DNA of 64,000 bases from Lingula anatina. Its lineage: Eukaryota; Animalia; Brachiopoda. Of this stretch, positions 1 through 23,900 are shown one piece after another. The translations under genes and the position numbers were made by a program. The stretch lies in NCBI GenBank assembly GCA_051362555.1, contig CM120642.1, positions 16,864,001 to 16,928,000 of the forward strand, written 5' to 3'. Under the pieces are notes generated by a model, which worked only from the letters and a program-made list of their open reading frames with translations, was not told where the DNA came from and did not search any database. How positions within the stretch are numbered: position 1 is the first letter of the stretch; the number at the start of each line of letters is the position of its first letter.

Positions 1-207
1 AAATCCATTTTGCCACCAAAATGGCAGTTATCGCAAACATTCAGAAATCTGTGCTTGCCATCGGACCATGGACCATTCATAGATGGCTAACCCCTTTAAT
101 AATCTCTTAAGAGATTACTACAAAAACACATAGGAAAATTGTTGTTTACCGCAAGAAAATTCATTTTTATGGCATTATTCCTACCAAAATGAAGAGTTGT
201 TATCCCT
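1..207. mobile_element. Right part of a TTAA-flanked MITE (same family as 42780-43097)
   Basis: Ends in GTTGTTATCCCT|TTAA. Internal sequence (TGTGCTTGCCA, AATAATCTCTTAA) is shared with 42860-43097. Confidence 0.7.
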
Positions 208-304
208 TTAATGCAGGTATTCTCTAAGTATGAGACGCGAGTCCCATGCATGGTCTTCTCAATTTAAAATGTTCAATTTCAACCCCTATCTACAAAGGAG
301 AAAT

Positions 305-562
305 GTCAGTAGTAGCAGTCACAAATTTTTAAAGACGTATATTATATATAATAATATAATAATAGGATGGTGGAAATTGGTGTTTATAACTAAAACCTTG
401 TGTGGTATTGCTTGATTTTCTCAATACCTAATAGTCAGTAGTAGCAGTCACAAATTTTTAAAGACGTATATTATATATAATAATATAATAATAGGATGGT
501 GGAAATTGGTGTTTATAACTAAAACCTTGTGTGGTATTGCTTGATTTTCTCAATACCTAATA
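305..562. repeat. Tandem duplication, 2 x 129 bp
   Basis: 305-433 and 434-562 read as identical (GTCAGTAGTAGCAGTCAC...CTCAATACCTAATA). Confidence 0.9.
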
Positions 563-717
563 CTTATTTTTAATTGCACATTTTTTCTTTTCTTCAAACA
601 TTTTGAATATCATTTACACAGGACCTTTTTCCATTATGATAGTGGGGGTTTTCTTGTATGCTTACTAAAATGCACACATGAGTTGTTAATTTAAATTTGT
701 ATTTATTTCTTTGACAG

Positions 718-10003
<9,286 letters not shown>

Positions 10004-10947
10004 AAATGTCAAGATCAACCCAAGTGATATACAAACCTGTAGAGGACAGCTCAGTATTCATACATGTCTCTTCATTCTGGTTTAAGGCAGCTGGAAAAAA
10101 AAGACTTGCTTTCTTTGGCCATGATGATAGATTATTGATTTGTCTTGATCTCGGTAGGAAAAAAGTAGAAACAACCGTATACGGAAAACTGCATTAGTTT
10201 TTAAGAAGAAAGGGAGAAATTTGAAAAACCTGTTTTTGTGTTTGAAATGGTAACCCACAACTGGGGTCTTAGGAGGCCAGCCATCATTTTGAATTCAAGC
10301 GTGTTTTCTTGCATATATATAATTGTAGGTATACTTCAGGATAATTGCCACCATCACCTGTGCTAAAGTAAAAAAAAATGCATAGTATTGGTACACGTTT
10401 TTACTTGGAAATATTGGGCTGTGGGAATGAGTGGTTGTAGACTAAGACCATTAATCTGTTTGTCCAATGTATTTTGTGGCTATTGTTGTGCAGAGGTTGA
10501 TTCGGATCTGGATAAAAAGAAGACAACAGCAAAGGGATTGTTTGATTTTTCTTTCTTTCTTTTTGAGTGCAGCAGAGGAAATGCTTACTAAGTTGTAAAT
10601 AGTGAAAAAAAAAGTTTGGTCTGTGAAATTGTACAGCAGTGCTGTATTGAGAATATAGTGGTGGATTAGTTTTGAGGTTGGTAACAGTAGAGATAGTAGA
10701 GCATACAGACATATATAATGTAGTTATACATATAGACACACATATATATATCTGTTAATGTCAATGATTTTGTTTATCTTTTAACCTTTTCTACTAGAAG
10801 ACCAAGTTTCTACTAGAAGACATCAGTTTGGTTGAGGAAGGGTGTGAATTTTATTACTGGCTTGCAGTGAGTTGCTTAAAATTTATTATTAAAATGAGAT
10901 GGCCAAGTTGGAGGTGGTGTTGCGTGCTCCTTATAGGGTGTCTTATC

Positions 10948-10950
<3 letters not shown>

Positions 10951-11014
<64 letters not shown>
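10951..11014. repeat. (TA)n microsatellite
   Basis: Directly visible in the LARP1 3' region. Confidence 0.95.
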
Positions 11015-11017
<3 letters not shown>

Positions 11018-13896
11018 ATAAGTGACTCAGCAATCACTATTTTGTTGAAGTGTCAAACAGTTTAAGGTGTATATTTTCTAGCCGTGGTATATTAGCCTGG
11101 TCAGTGTGAGAGCAAGCCTTGGAGATGCATCCTCAGCTTTTTAAGTTAAAATGTTGGCTGTTTTCCCCCTTTAGCTGCACTAGGGTATGAAGATGAATTC
11201 CCTTTGACCATCTAGAGCAGGGGCAGGTTTTTACCTTCTTGGTTTTCTAGAAGACATCTGGAGACATATTTCAGGATATTTCAAGTTTGGATTTCACTGT
11301 GGAGTACCATAGGCGAAGCTGTGAGCATTGTAAGATAAAATCTACCCCTTGAGTGTGTAGGACAAACCCATTAATCATATACATCCTGCGCTAAAAAAGC
11401 TTACATCATATAGATTATAATGGCAGTATGATTCAGAAGTTTCCCATATCTTTTCATTCATTTTTATTTATGAGCTTTTTTAGCAAAGAAAAATAAAAAA
11501 ACTCAGTATAATGTAGATAGTCTTTAAAGTTCAAAGTTCAGCATGTACAGGGATGAAGGGATGAAAAAATTAGCTGCCAATAATATTAATGGTGACCGTG
11601 ATGTCAGTTCATATTAGACACAGCCTTTACTTGAAAATGCTTTGCTTATTTGCCACTTAGTTGAATATGAAAATTAACCAGCAAGAACTGCCCATTTGTA
11701 AATTATATTCTGGAAATAAATATAAGTCTGTAAGCAAAGTGTAAGGAAAAAAATATAAAAAAAGATGAAAATACAAAAAAGGAATATAAAACCGAATGCT
11801 TATGTGACAATGATGGGAGTTGCTTATGTAGGACTTTGTCATAAATTACGATAATTCTACGAGAATAATGCAGGGCTATATCAGATAGTGCAACATCACA
11901 GTCTAGAAAATAACCAAAGGTTTACTTTTCAGGGAACTTGGTCAATCTGGTGTCTATACCAAGTAACTGCAGTTCACCGCTCAACTGTTTGAATAATAGA
12001 ATGACTATTTCAATATGCTACAGTAAGATGAAATCTTTTTCCAATATGTTTAGTAGTTATCCAACGGATGAGGATACAACTTTTTTTTCTTTGGTGTCTT
12101 AGTCTATGATAATAACAGAAAGCTAGCACTTAAAAGAAATTGTGATAATATTTAAATAGGGATTGAATGTTACATTTGTCTGCAGCTGCCAACCCTTTTA
12201 ATATGACCCTAATGTGATTATCTGCACCATTTAGATTGCTTGTTAGAAGGAATTGAATGTGTCACGGTCCTCTGAGTCTTCCAGGTTTTTTTGAAAGTTT
12301 AACACTGGATGATTTGATTTGAAAAATGAGCGATGGCTGCTTATCTGGCTATCTGTATGTGTGCCCCCCCCCCCCCCCCCCCCACTTCATTCATCCTCCC
12401 CATCATTTCATTCCTTTGATTGAGCATATAGACACACACACATGAGTGGAGGATTTCAATTGATGAATAACTTGGCTGAATGTTTGCTCCTGGTGGCAAA
12501 TTAACTTGAAAAGGGAGAGGAGAGGAGGGGATGGGAGGGGATTGCAGAGTCCATTTGAAGGAAATTGACACATTTGATGCATATTTATAATTTATATTGT
12601 ATGACTTCATGGCACCAATCCTTTGGCTCCAATGGAATGGGGTACTCTTGTGGTTAAAGGAATGACATTAGCATAAAATTTCTGTATTATATTTAGGACA
12701 AGCCTGTCGTGTTATAAAAGTGTTACGAGTTTGCCAACTTGTATTAACTGACACGTACTAGCTGTAAGTTCTTCAGTATCTGGTATCTGGCCAAGTGGCT
12801 TCCCGCAGAGTTTCAGAAATCATTGAAACTCCAGCCCCTGCTTTGCCAAACTGTGGAGTAAACCCTACATGCACTGGGTTTGTGTATGTGATGTATTAGA
12901 TTACAAGTAGTGAAAAAAATGTTAGGTATTCAATTTGTATTCAGTGATATTGACGTCCTTAGCAGCTTACCATGTTGAGTAATAATAAGTAAGTTTTCAC
13001 TATGCAGGGACAGAAGAAAAAAAAATGCACATACTCATCTTTTCTGTGGATAAACAAGATGTACAGTTATTATGTTTTATTATTATTATAAATATTATTA
13101 CCATTGCATCGTATTTTAAGCTTGGTGGTAATTACATATATCTATTCAGCATAACCCGATTAATAATTAAGTGCAAAGAGTTAGGTTTTGTGGTAACTAG
13201 ATGGCAGTTTGTTATTATTATTATTATCATAATTTTAAATTCACTTTGGGTTGTTGATTTGTTCATTACATTATGATATTTGTGTTGTGTGATTCTGAAT
13301 GCGTGTATGTAGAATGATGTTTTGCTTTTATGCTACAGAAAAAAAAAATGGGTGTAATTTTATTTAGTTCAATTTACCATGACTGGGATTAGAGAGAGCC
13401 AGGGAGAAATGACTGGAATAGAAATACTGGATGTCAAATTAAGTGCAAATAACACGCAATGGATTGAAATTGAAGCTAAGAAGAGGGAGAACTTTGCAAA
13501 GTATACAAAAATGCGGTTTTAATTATATATCTTAGCCAAAACATTTGGTTAATATTAAGTTGTTTTATAAAGTTATTCTGTTGTGAATAGGAATATTTTT
13601 TTTCTATAAATTTGAGGCACTAAATCAGTGCCACTTATTTTCAGTGTAATTAAGTCCAACAATATACTGTCTTTACACGTTTTGTTGAGGCATTAATTCT
13701 GTACCCTTTATCATGTTGATTCAAAAAGCTCGTGGCAAGAAGAGCCATATACTGATGGTTTGCTGAGGTGTGCCACTTCCATTCAAACTGGATGCTCTCA
13801 GAAGCATAGTAGTGACCATATGGCTTTTTTTATCCCATCATCCCAGCCATCCAACTGACATCTTGGATTTATGAGAGCAGGTGTTATCTATTTCTA

Positions 13897-14042
13897 GGGA
13901 CGCATTATAACAGTGGACCCACTAAAAAGCTTGCTCTCTAATCCGTTAATAGACACTGAATAGATTCCCTGTGGGGAAGTATTCAAGTGGGTCGGCCATA
14001 TTCGACCCGTGGACTAGTTAGTCCACTGTTCTGAATGCGGCC
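13897..14042. mobile_element. Harbinger-like palindromic MITE, family B
   Basis: GGGACGCATTATAACAGTGGAC...GTCCACTGTTCTGAATGCGGCC|TAA. Homologous to 18207-18391 and 24040-24214. Confidence 0.75.
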
Positions 14043-14979
14043 TAAAGGATCATTTCTGCTAGCAGTGTATCAAATATGTTGGCAGACATTGAAGCCACTG
14101 ATACCTTCAGAGATTTGCATTGTTCGTCAGTATCTGGTCAGATGGAAACTGGCAATGTTTACTTTGCATCAGTACAAATCGTCAGCGTATTGCTCATTTG
14201 TCTCCTGTTCACTTCTTTTCAAGCAAAATGGTGAGAAGAGGGGGAGGGGGGTCCCATTAACCATTTGTTCCAACAGAAACTCAAAACTAAATAAGTTGTT
14301 TTTTAAGAAGTTAAGAGAAAAAGTAAAATTTTGACAGGTTTTTCAAATAGAACTTACAGTTTCGCATTTTTGAATAATAAGGACTTGAAAGGCTGTTTTA
14401 TTTATAATTTATAGGTTTCCAGTTTGGAAAATCAAATTCTTTTGCCTGCTATCCCATACAGTTATATTATGGGTGAATTATTTCGCACTTTTGGTAAATA
14501 TATGGATAAAAAAAAAAAAAAACCCTGGTGGTGAGAATGGAGTGAACAGAGGGCAAGTAAGAAAATAGTTACAGGTGCTCTGTAATCCAGTTATAGCTAT
14601 TGTTTGTGTGAACTGGGTTTTAATTTTCTGTGAATATGCTACAAGTCTACCTTGTATTATGTCAGTGCTATGTTATGTTGCAAATTTGATTCAGTTTGAA
14701 GTGTTTCTTATATGTATCACATTTAACCTTACATGTGTCCGTCAATGAAAATCCATATAAAGATATATATCTTTACTTGTTATTATAAGTAGTAGCAGTT
14801 GTGGGTAAATTGGGATTATTTAACCATTTAGTTCTTTACTTGTGTTATTGAACCAGACATGGTTATGTTTTGTTGAAAGTAGATCATTATACTCTGTTGT
14901 CATGCATTATTATTATTATAATTAATAGAAGTATAATAGTATTATTTAGAAGTTACTAGTGTAGTTGGGGTAGTTGCAG

Positions 14980-14985
14980 AATAAA
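14980..14985 (+). terminator. Candidate LARP1 polyadenylation signal, implying a ~5 kb 3' UTR
   Basis: AATAAA followed about 15-35 nt later by a GT/T-rich tract (TTTCGTTGTCTCATTTCTTT). The sequence 10004-14980 is T/GT-rich and has no coding exons. Confidence 0.5.
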
Positions 14986-15488
14986 AGAAATAACCCAACT
15001 TTTCGTTGTCTCATTTCTTTGCTTCTCAGTTCGACTCTACTGGTGTAAGATAATATTGAGGAAGCTGCACTGTTTGTAATGATTTTAAATCATTCAGTTT
15101 TGAATTTTGACCATTCTAAAATTTCACATCAAGTTACTTTCCTTAGATTATCCAAATTGCCCCCCCTCCCCAAAAAAAAAAAAAACAAAAAAACTTTAGC
15201 TTTTTCTATGTATAATCTGTGACCAGAGTATGCCTAATACAATTTGTATGAATAAATCTAAGAAGCCATGTGTGATAACAGTCACAGTGGTATAAACTAT
15301 ATTCCATATTTCCTCTGTTTAAATTATGAACGATCTGCCTCCATATTTCTTCTGGATGTCCACCACAAGTGTTTGATTTTGTTTCAACTGCAGATATCAT
15401 TTTGCAACAACCATCAATGATTTTTCAATTTACAGAACTTTGTCAAATTTCGACTGGTAGATTTTGCCCTGCTCAATAGGTGTCGCCA

Positions 15489-17879
15489 CTACATTCTTCC
15501 CACTGGTTTTATTCCCAGAATGTTGAACCCAGCAGCCATGACGGAAGCTGCAGCCTCACAAAGAAGCAGACGATTCATGTTCACCTTAAGAATCTCCCCT
15601 GAAAGTAATAAATATATTCTAATTAAATGGCATCATCAATTCTCATATTCTTTTTTTTTTTTTTTTTTTTTTTGCAGTAGAAATCAGTTCAGTTGACACA
15701 TTTGAACTGCATGATCTAATAAGTGATTTACTGACAAAGTCAATATAATTAGTGAAGCACTTACATAATGCAAACCTTCACAAAGAAAAATAATTAACTT
15801 ATAATTAACCATTAAACAATGGAACACCACCAAAATCTTATAACTTTAAAGTAAGACCATTTGTGATCCTATCTTGAAAATTTCATCAAAATCAGTCAAA
15901 AATATTTTGAGTCAGACTGGTGATAAACAAACAGAAAACAAAAATAATTAGTGAATTCCTTGATGGAGGTAAGTACAGGCCCTTAGCCAGGGGGGGTTCG
16001 GGGGGTTCGAAAGAACCGCCCCTTTTGCTGGGAAAAGGTCCACTCTGGGTAAAATTTGATCTAGGTACATGAAGTTTCAATGGGAAAAGGTCCACTTTTT
16101 CAGAAAAAGAACCCCCCTTTTGAAATTGCTGACTACAGGCCTGTAAGTATCACTGATAACGGTATAAAAAAACATGAATACAATAAATAATGTTCCACTC
16201 ACCAGTCTTCTTGTCCTTTTCTACACAGTAACATGCATCATAGAACTCAGTGAAAGTGGTAGCCATTTCATACAAGTAATCGCATAGAGTGTGCATGTAA
16301 AGATCCTCCGCCACCTTCAGGATAATTTCTGGGAATTTCACGATGCATTTGGCCAATTTCCATTCCTTAGGATGGTCCACTTTCCAAGATTCTGTGCTCT
16401 TGGATGCTTCTTTAAGTTGCTCTGGTGTGACTCCAGCAGTTCGAGCAATTGATCTGAAAGTAAGTACTTTTTTTTTTAAATAAACTCATACCAGTGCATA
16501 CTAAAATATAACCAAAGCTTTGAGGGAGTTATAATAATTATTGTGTAAAGTTTAAGATATGGCATAAGAACACATTAATTTTTCAAATTGGTAATCATAC
16601 AATGATACATAGTTACACATAAAAATGTTAATCACCAAACACCAAACCTGCACAAGAGTTCAACACACATAATGCAGAGCTTTAAAAATGAAGTCATTCA
16701 TCGTAATTAAAATTACAATGCAATAAATATTACAATAAACAAAACTCTGTGGAGAGTGAAAGAAAGATCATGTATGGGTCAGCAGGAGGGGAATAGAAGG
16801 TTGGGGGGGGGGGGGGAGGAAGAGGAGGAGTAACTCACTTTATTCTCATGTAGGCATACAGAAGATACACTGCAGTATTTCCCTTGTCATCCAACATCTG
16901 AAAAGAGAAAGAGATAAAAATCTTTAATTTTGCAAAGGTGGCAAGAGGATGAAATTTCTCTTCTCCTGTAACAGGTTTTTCTCTCTAGTTACTTCATTGT
17001 TATCAAACTGAACATCAGGCATCTTCATGCTAGCTTGTCAATGCAGGGGTGGATCCAGGATTATCTGAAGGGGGAGGTCCGCAGAAGCGAAGCTGCCCTC
17101 CCAACTCCCCTGGCATGGTATTTTAGAGGGAAAACTGTGCCATGCAGTACTGTTTAGAACTATGATTCAGCTAGTCAAAATCCTAATTTCAAGAGGAGAT
17201 CATTGGTGTGATCTTTTTTCAGACATTGAAAGGGGGAGGGGGGGTCAGGACCCCCCCCCCCCCCCCCCCCCCCCCACAAATCCGCCACTGCAATGTACAG
17301 GTGTTGTATTCAATATGTACTGCATATAACATAAGCTGAATACGGTTCCTCATTTCAAATTAAAGGTGAAAACACAGCTCTTGGTTGATAAATGTGAATT
17401 TTAATTTATTCTTAATCTATGCATACAGCTACTTGTTATGAAAAGCTGCATCTTGCTTCTGCATTATAAGATATTTAATATATTAGTATCTTTAGGCAGT
17501 ATAAGATATTAAACAAATTTTACCAAAGGAATAGACAGAAATATGTTATGGACTTTTTATTTACTTTACCTAAAATAAACTGTTTTCAAAACCAGGCATG
17601 AGGTTTGCACTCGAGCCAAAATCACGTATAATCTTTCTCTTAAGCCAAAACCTCAAGTAATGGTTCAAAACCCAGCAATTTTTTTTCACCCAAGCAAAAC
17701 CCCAGTGATGGCTTATTACCTTGTCAAAGGAGAAGACATAGTCGTTAGTTCTGTTATGAGATAAGTCGGCATATTTAATGCACCCGTAGGCAACGGCTTC
17801 CTGAGCTGCTTTCAACTCCTCGGGAGTCAGTACCTAAAATGATAATTTAATGATTTTCACACTTATAATAATAATAATA

Positions 17880-17923
<44 letters not shown>

Positions 17924-20900
17924 CTTTATTTAAAGAGGGTAAAAAATGTGAAGTGTACACACTTATCTTACACATGGCCCTCTGGGGAGTTAGCACAAAA
18001 CATTGTGTTAATGAATAAAAGATGAATAAATTAATGAAATGAAAATAATAATGAAGTAAAATAATTGTGTTAATGAATAAAAGATGAATAAATTAATGAA
18101 ATGAAAATAATAATGAAGTAAAATAATAATGAATTTATAGAAATATGCTAGAACCCATTTAAATTGAAAAAAAAAAGTAAGGCTTTAAATTTAGAACTAA
18201 ATTTTAAAGCGCATTCAGAACAGCTAGCTAACAGATCCGCAGATTAAATATAGCTGACCCACTTGAATGCTTGTTGCGTAATCCCCACAGGGAATTTATT
18301 CAGTGTCTAATCGGGAATTAAGCGGCAAGCTTTTTAGTGAGTTGCCATATTTGATCCATGGATCTGTTAGTCCGCTGTTCTGATTGTGCTCTTAGTCATC
18401 TTAGACCCCATTTCCAGAGATTAGATCGATCTACTTTAGATTGACCTAACTCCCTGGGGGTTCATGCTAAATAGCTGTCAGCCGGGCGGATACAAAAGTT
18501 AATTACCCCCTTACAGCTTGTAGTAGGCGGGACGGACATTTAAGCCGGATTATCTGACAGTAATCTAGTGAGACCCCCTGCGGGGATAGATCGATCTAAA
18601 AGCTCTGGGAATAAAGCCTCATACCCAAGATAAATTAGCAATCAGAGGCATAGCAGTCCATTTAAATGAAATAATGTATATGACCTATAAAAAGACAGTA
18701 ACAGTTACAGAGTAGCATTGGCTCTGGTTATGTGAATGCTAATAGCATTTAGCAAGTAAAACACCAGTCCTTTGCTACACAGGGTACCGATTCATTAATG
18801 AAAGATGTAATATTCTTCCCATTATCAGCTGTAACACGCAAACATGCCTGCAGATGATGTGACAGGCATGATAAAATATGACAGGTATGCATTTTAAATG
18901 GAACCACAATAATCCCAAATCAATTTTCTCACTTAACCTGTCAGAGCTCTGGGAATCAGTTGGCTATCATGCAACAGCTTTGAGAAGCCTTTTATTTAAA
19001 ATTTATTAATAGGTGTGAAACTGATTTTTACCTTTTTACAGAACACATGCACACACGCATGCATTCACAGGAAAGTAAAAAGGTGTGAATCAATCCAATA
19101 TCTGTACCAACTATATAGATGTAAAAAATTGCATAGTACCTCAGTATTATATATATGTATGTCTATACAAACATAAGACTTATTGCCTTAAGGATACTGT
19201 AAAAGTCTGCCAAAATCTGCCTTACATACATTCTTTTGGATAACAAATAAATCTACGTGGGTTCAGTGACTAAATTAATTAGCATTTTCACACATGACAA
19301 GGGAAACATTATAATTGGGATTTTGGGGTAAAAATGGAAAAATCGATTACTCAAATTTCTCCTTTACCTAAACACCTACGAACACCATTTCAACAACAAT
19401 TTAATGCAACTTTTAGTACTCCAAAACCCTGCCAGCAGTCCAATTATTTCATTTAATTGGACTGTTTTTGCCAGTGATTTTTCTTTAAGGCTTTTGTTCA
19501 GATTTTACTGCTGACAAAACAAAATAATGCCTACGTTTAATGATAATCTGTAATAAGGGACTCTTAACTCCATAACAAAAAATATTTAAACCAAAATGCA
19601 GGCATGGGATCGAGGCCTATATACTAGTGGTCAACTAGGCCAATTTTAGTGATAAGAACTTGTTTAGGAATGTTATTCCCCATACCAATGGTCATTTCAC
19701 CTCAAAATAGAAAGGCGTTAAATTAATGATGAAAGCTTTGAGTTGCCTATGCTTATACACAGCAACAAGAAATATAAACTGCAATATTAAATAATTTCAA
19801 GGGGATTTTTTATTATTTTAAATCAGTACAAATGTAGATGCATTATTGAATAATTTGATGTAGGAAAAACTCATTTCAGGAATCTGGATGGTAATAAACA
19901 CTTACCCCTAAAACTAATGAGAAACACATTGTGTTAAACATGTTTACCTTATCCCGTTCTTTTTCCTTCAGTTTTGCCTCGCTCCTCTTCAACCCTTCGT
20001 CCAGCAAATCCACCAGTCGAACTGTCTCTCCTGACCGGGTCTTGAACTTCTTTCTGAGAACGAAAAAAGAGCCCTTATTAGTGATCCTGCATCTAAGAAA
20101 GTTAGAAGTTGCACTCTGTGCTTAAAGAAGTGGACCTCTGCCATGATCAGGTTACAACAGTTTAAGATATCATGGTTCTTTTAGAAGTTCCACAAAATAT
20201 AACTGTATACATTTAAAAGACAAAACTCTATACTTTAAAATGGTTCGAAAATAAAACATTATTTCTTGAGGACCCAACATTTTGAAACATCTTACTACTT
20301 CGCAATCAAGTTTCACACCTATGTGAAATTAATTCATTTTTTAAAGTATATGTATATTTTATCAGAAAAAGATATATATATATGCCATTTAAACCTAGAC
20401 AATTTTATCTGAGCTACAAGAAGATCCATCTGAGCAAACAACAAAAATTATTATTGATCCTGCGACTTCCTGCTTAAAAAAGTTGTTCATCACACGTGAA
20501 ATTCATCAAATCGCATATCCTGTCTTCCTCTTCAGTTTCACATTTCTGTGTTTTAAAAGCCATTAGGAAATCAATATGCATTAATATTTTCCATGGGGGG
20601 TGAGGGGAGGTTGAAACTGACCAGTAGTTCCATTTCACTGTGTCAAGATAGTATAGGCTCTGAGGGTTTCCTTGTCAAAATATGTTTTTGTCTAACTGAT
20701 AATTTTATTCAACAAAGGAAAATGAAGGAAACATTAAAAACTTTTTGTGAAACAAGTAACTTGACTATAATAAATATATGTATACCTGCAGGTTTTAATA
20801 ACTTGTTAAACATCCTTTTTTAAACCACCCACCCACCCATTCTTTCATATTAGACAGTCTGACAATAATGCCAGTTCTGATAATACAAAACTGTAACCTA

Positions 20901-23900
20901 CAAAAATTCACTTCTCAAAACAGGTTTTGTTTGAATTACATCCTCTATCATTTTTTCCATTCCTAAAGGCACAGACATTTAACAGTTTGATACAGTGCTG
21001 CTACTTTTATTACAATACTGAAGCCTTCAAAGATTCACTTCTTACAAAACCTTTTTGAACCTACCCATAGTAATTGGTGTATTTAGCATGGGCGTAACTA
21101 GGCATACGCACGGATGCACTGTGCGTACAATTTTTTTGAGCCAATCATGATATTATTCTCTATAAATTTAGTGTATTTTCACGAAAAATCCTCTTCGATT
21201 GCAAGTTAGAGTCACCTGAATGTACAAATCTTCTGTATGAATCGTATACGCACCATTGTTCTGACGCCCCCCGTCTCGTTTGCTTTCACAGAACTGAGGT
21301 AAATAAACAATACTAGCTACCTCCAGAAGTCCTATCTTAATCGTCCATCTAGCTGGAACTTCCTTTACCTCTTAATTGGAAGTTTGAATGCCCTTCAACT
21401 CTCAGGTAGCCTTTGTCTTAAGTGTGTCGAATGCACACTCGATGGCGATATTTATCTCAGATAAAAATCTACCTGTGTTATTTTCAAACAGCAGCTCCAG
21501 CACACCTGAGGACACTAGATAAAATCTGGACAACGGGCTTTATAAGGAGCCAGAGAAACAAAAAAAATATTTCCTGCAAAACTGTAAAGAATTTTGACAC
21601 GGACTTGACCCAGCTTAACCCTCTAAACTAACAGGGTGATATGGGCAATTTTCACAAACAAACAGAGCTTTATCCTGTAATATAATTGGTTGATTTTGGA
21701 TGATACCATATATAAGTTCAACTTTTAGAAGATTCATCTTTAAGCTGACCATGGACATGACGAATAATATAGCAAGAAGGTGTAAGAATCCTACAACGAT
21801 CAACTGTTCTTAAGATTATTTTCTGACAACTCGGGATAACTGCAACAAACCACATCGAACAAAGGTGCCTCACCGTTATTTAGAATTTAGCTTGATACAA
21901 GCGGGCATAATTTGCATATGTTTTCATAGTTTGTGTCAGTAAGCCCCTAGTTCAATAAATATACCATTCTAAGCAAGGCTTTTTTCAGCGAGTCCTCCAG
22001 CTGCCAATTGGACGGCAGCTGATTAAAAAAGTCTTAACTTGTCGGGGCAGCTGTGGACGTCGTATGAAATTCCATTGCAGTAATTTGACGTATGAATATT
22101 AAACTTCTTTCTAGTGCACGGTGTTTTTCAGTCACGACGTAACTACTACCTAAAGCTTACAAAACACAATAAAAGGTTTCCATTAACTTTAAAATACATA
22201 ATGCAGAAGTGACAAGAATGATCTACATTCGGTACAAAACACGTGTAGGCCCTAAATGAAATATGACCTAACTTGCCGCTAAATTATGAAAGGGGACACC
22301 TTTCGGATCTTTATACGTATGGCATCTGACAAAGCTAATACATAAGAAAGGCAATATTTATATCCTCGGCGAGAGATTCTTCGCAATCCGAAACAGACTA
22401 GAAGGCAATTTTCATATTTGTTCAAGAGACTTCGTTAACCGAGGATCGGGAACAAGAGATAGTTACCGACCGCAGCGAGACAAGAAGCCAATTTTCGTAT
22501 CTTCAGCGGGAGATCGAGCGTGATCTGAGCGAAAAGAGAAAGTGATTTTCACATTCGTTCAATGGACTTCGTTCGCAGAAGATTGTCAGCCAGAGATCGT
22601 TCGCGATCCGAGTGAGACGAGAGGGCAATTTTTATATTCATACAAGGGCGGTCTTTCGTGGAAGAGCGTGATGGGAGATCGGTATCAATTATTTTTAACC
22701 CTCTTTCCCAATGAAATTTATTATTAAAAAAAGACTCCATTAATTTGTACCCCACCCCCACCCCCGCTCACGGCTTTTGGAAAAGTTTGAGGCCCTGAAA
22801 TTCTGAAGTAAGATACAGATGGCAATTATGGACGGCCTGCACCCCAATGCCGGAAAAAGCGTTGGTCCTGGGTGAAATAATTTACTGGAACTTAATTATA
22901 CTGTGGGAATATTTTAAACTTTAAGTAATGATTTTATAAACGGTGAAAACTAAGCTATTATATTTGGCACATATAATTTAAACTGCCCTTCATCTTTTGC
23001 GTAAGTCGATCTACATTTAGCTATACCTGGGAATTTTGAAATTCTGTGCGTACAATTTTAAAAGGTCTGGTTACGCCCCTGTTTAGTTATATTCTTATAA
23101 GTCCAACAATAGTTTATACATGCTAGAGATTATTTAACAGATCAGTTTAGTGGTGTTCAGGTCTTTGGGTCTAGAAATAAAATGTTTTACATGTTTTTAT
23201 GCACCACTTTAAAATATTTTACTTCTGTCCCCGTGTCTAATTTACTTGGTTTTACTACATAGTTGACAATTGATAACATCTTCATTTAAAAAAAAAAAAT
23301 TGTGCTAGACATGGAGTCTGTCACATTGTCCCAACATCAGCTTAGATAACACCAAGAAACAGGTTATACATTAAGATAAAAAAAATACAGAGCTAAAAAC
23401 TCCAGGAATTATCCAAGAAACAGTATCATCCACTAAAGAGCCCATTTATCCTGATATTTTTCAGGTAATCAGTTTGATTGGAGCTCCATTATAGACATCA
23501 ATCAAACACGAGGTAATGGCAGCCATTTAAAGACCACCGCACTGAGCATCATTATGCAGCTGTTAAGAAAACTGAACCAGCTCAATATGTAAGTATTCAC
23601 TGTCAGCAGATACGAGGTGTCCCAGTATCAACCATCTTGGCACGTAAGGAAATTATCTCCAGAGAACCAATTGTCCTGCTCAGATTATCTGACAGACAAG
23701 TTTGACAAAAACCCTAATAGCATGTCTTACCCAGAACAGAACACATCTCAAAGTGGAGTCCACTGCTTTCTATGCTCTAGATCTGTGCAAGATGAGGAAT
23801 ATGCACGAGTGAAAAAACATTTTTTTCATCCATAAAAATTAAAGGTAAATAAAAAAATAACTAGTAAAGCACTCAGAATGTGCAAACATTTACCAAAGCA

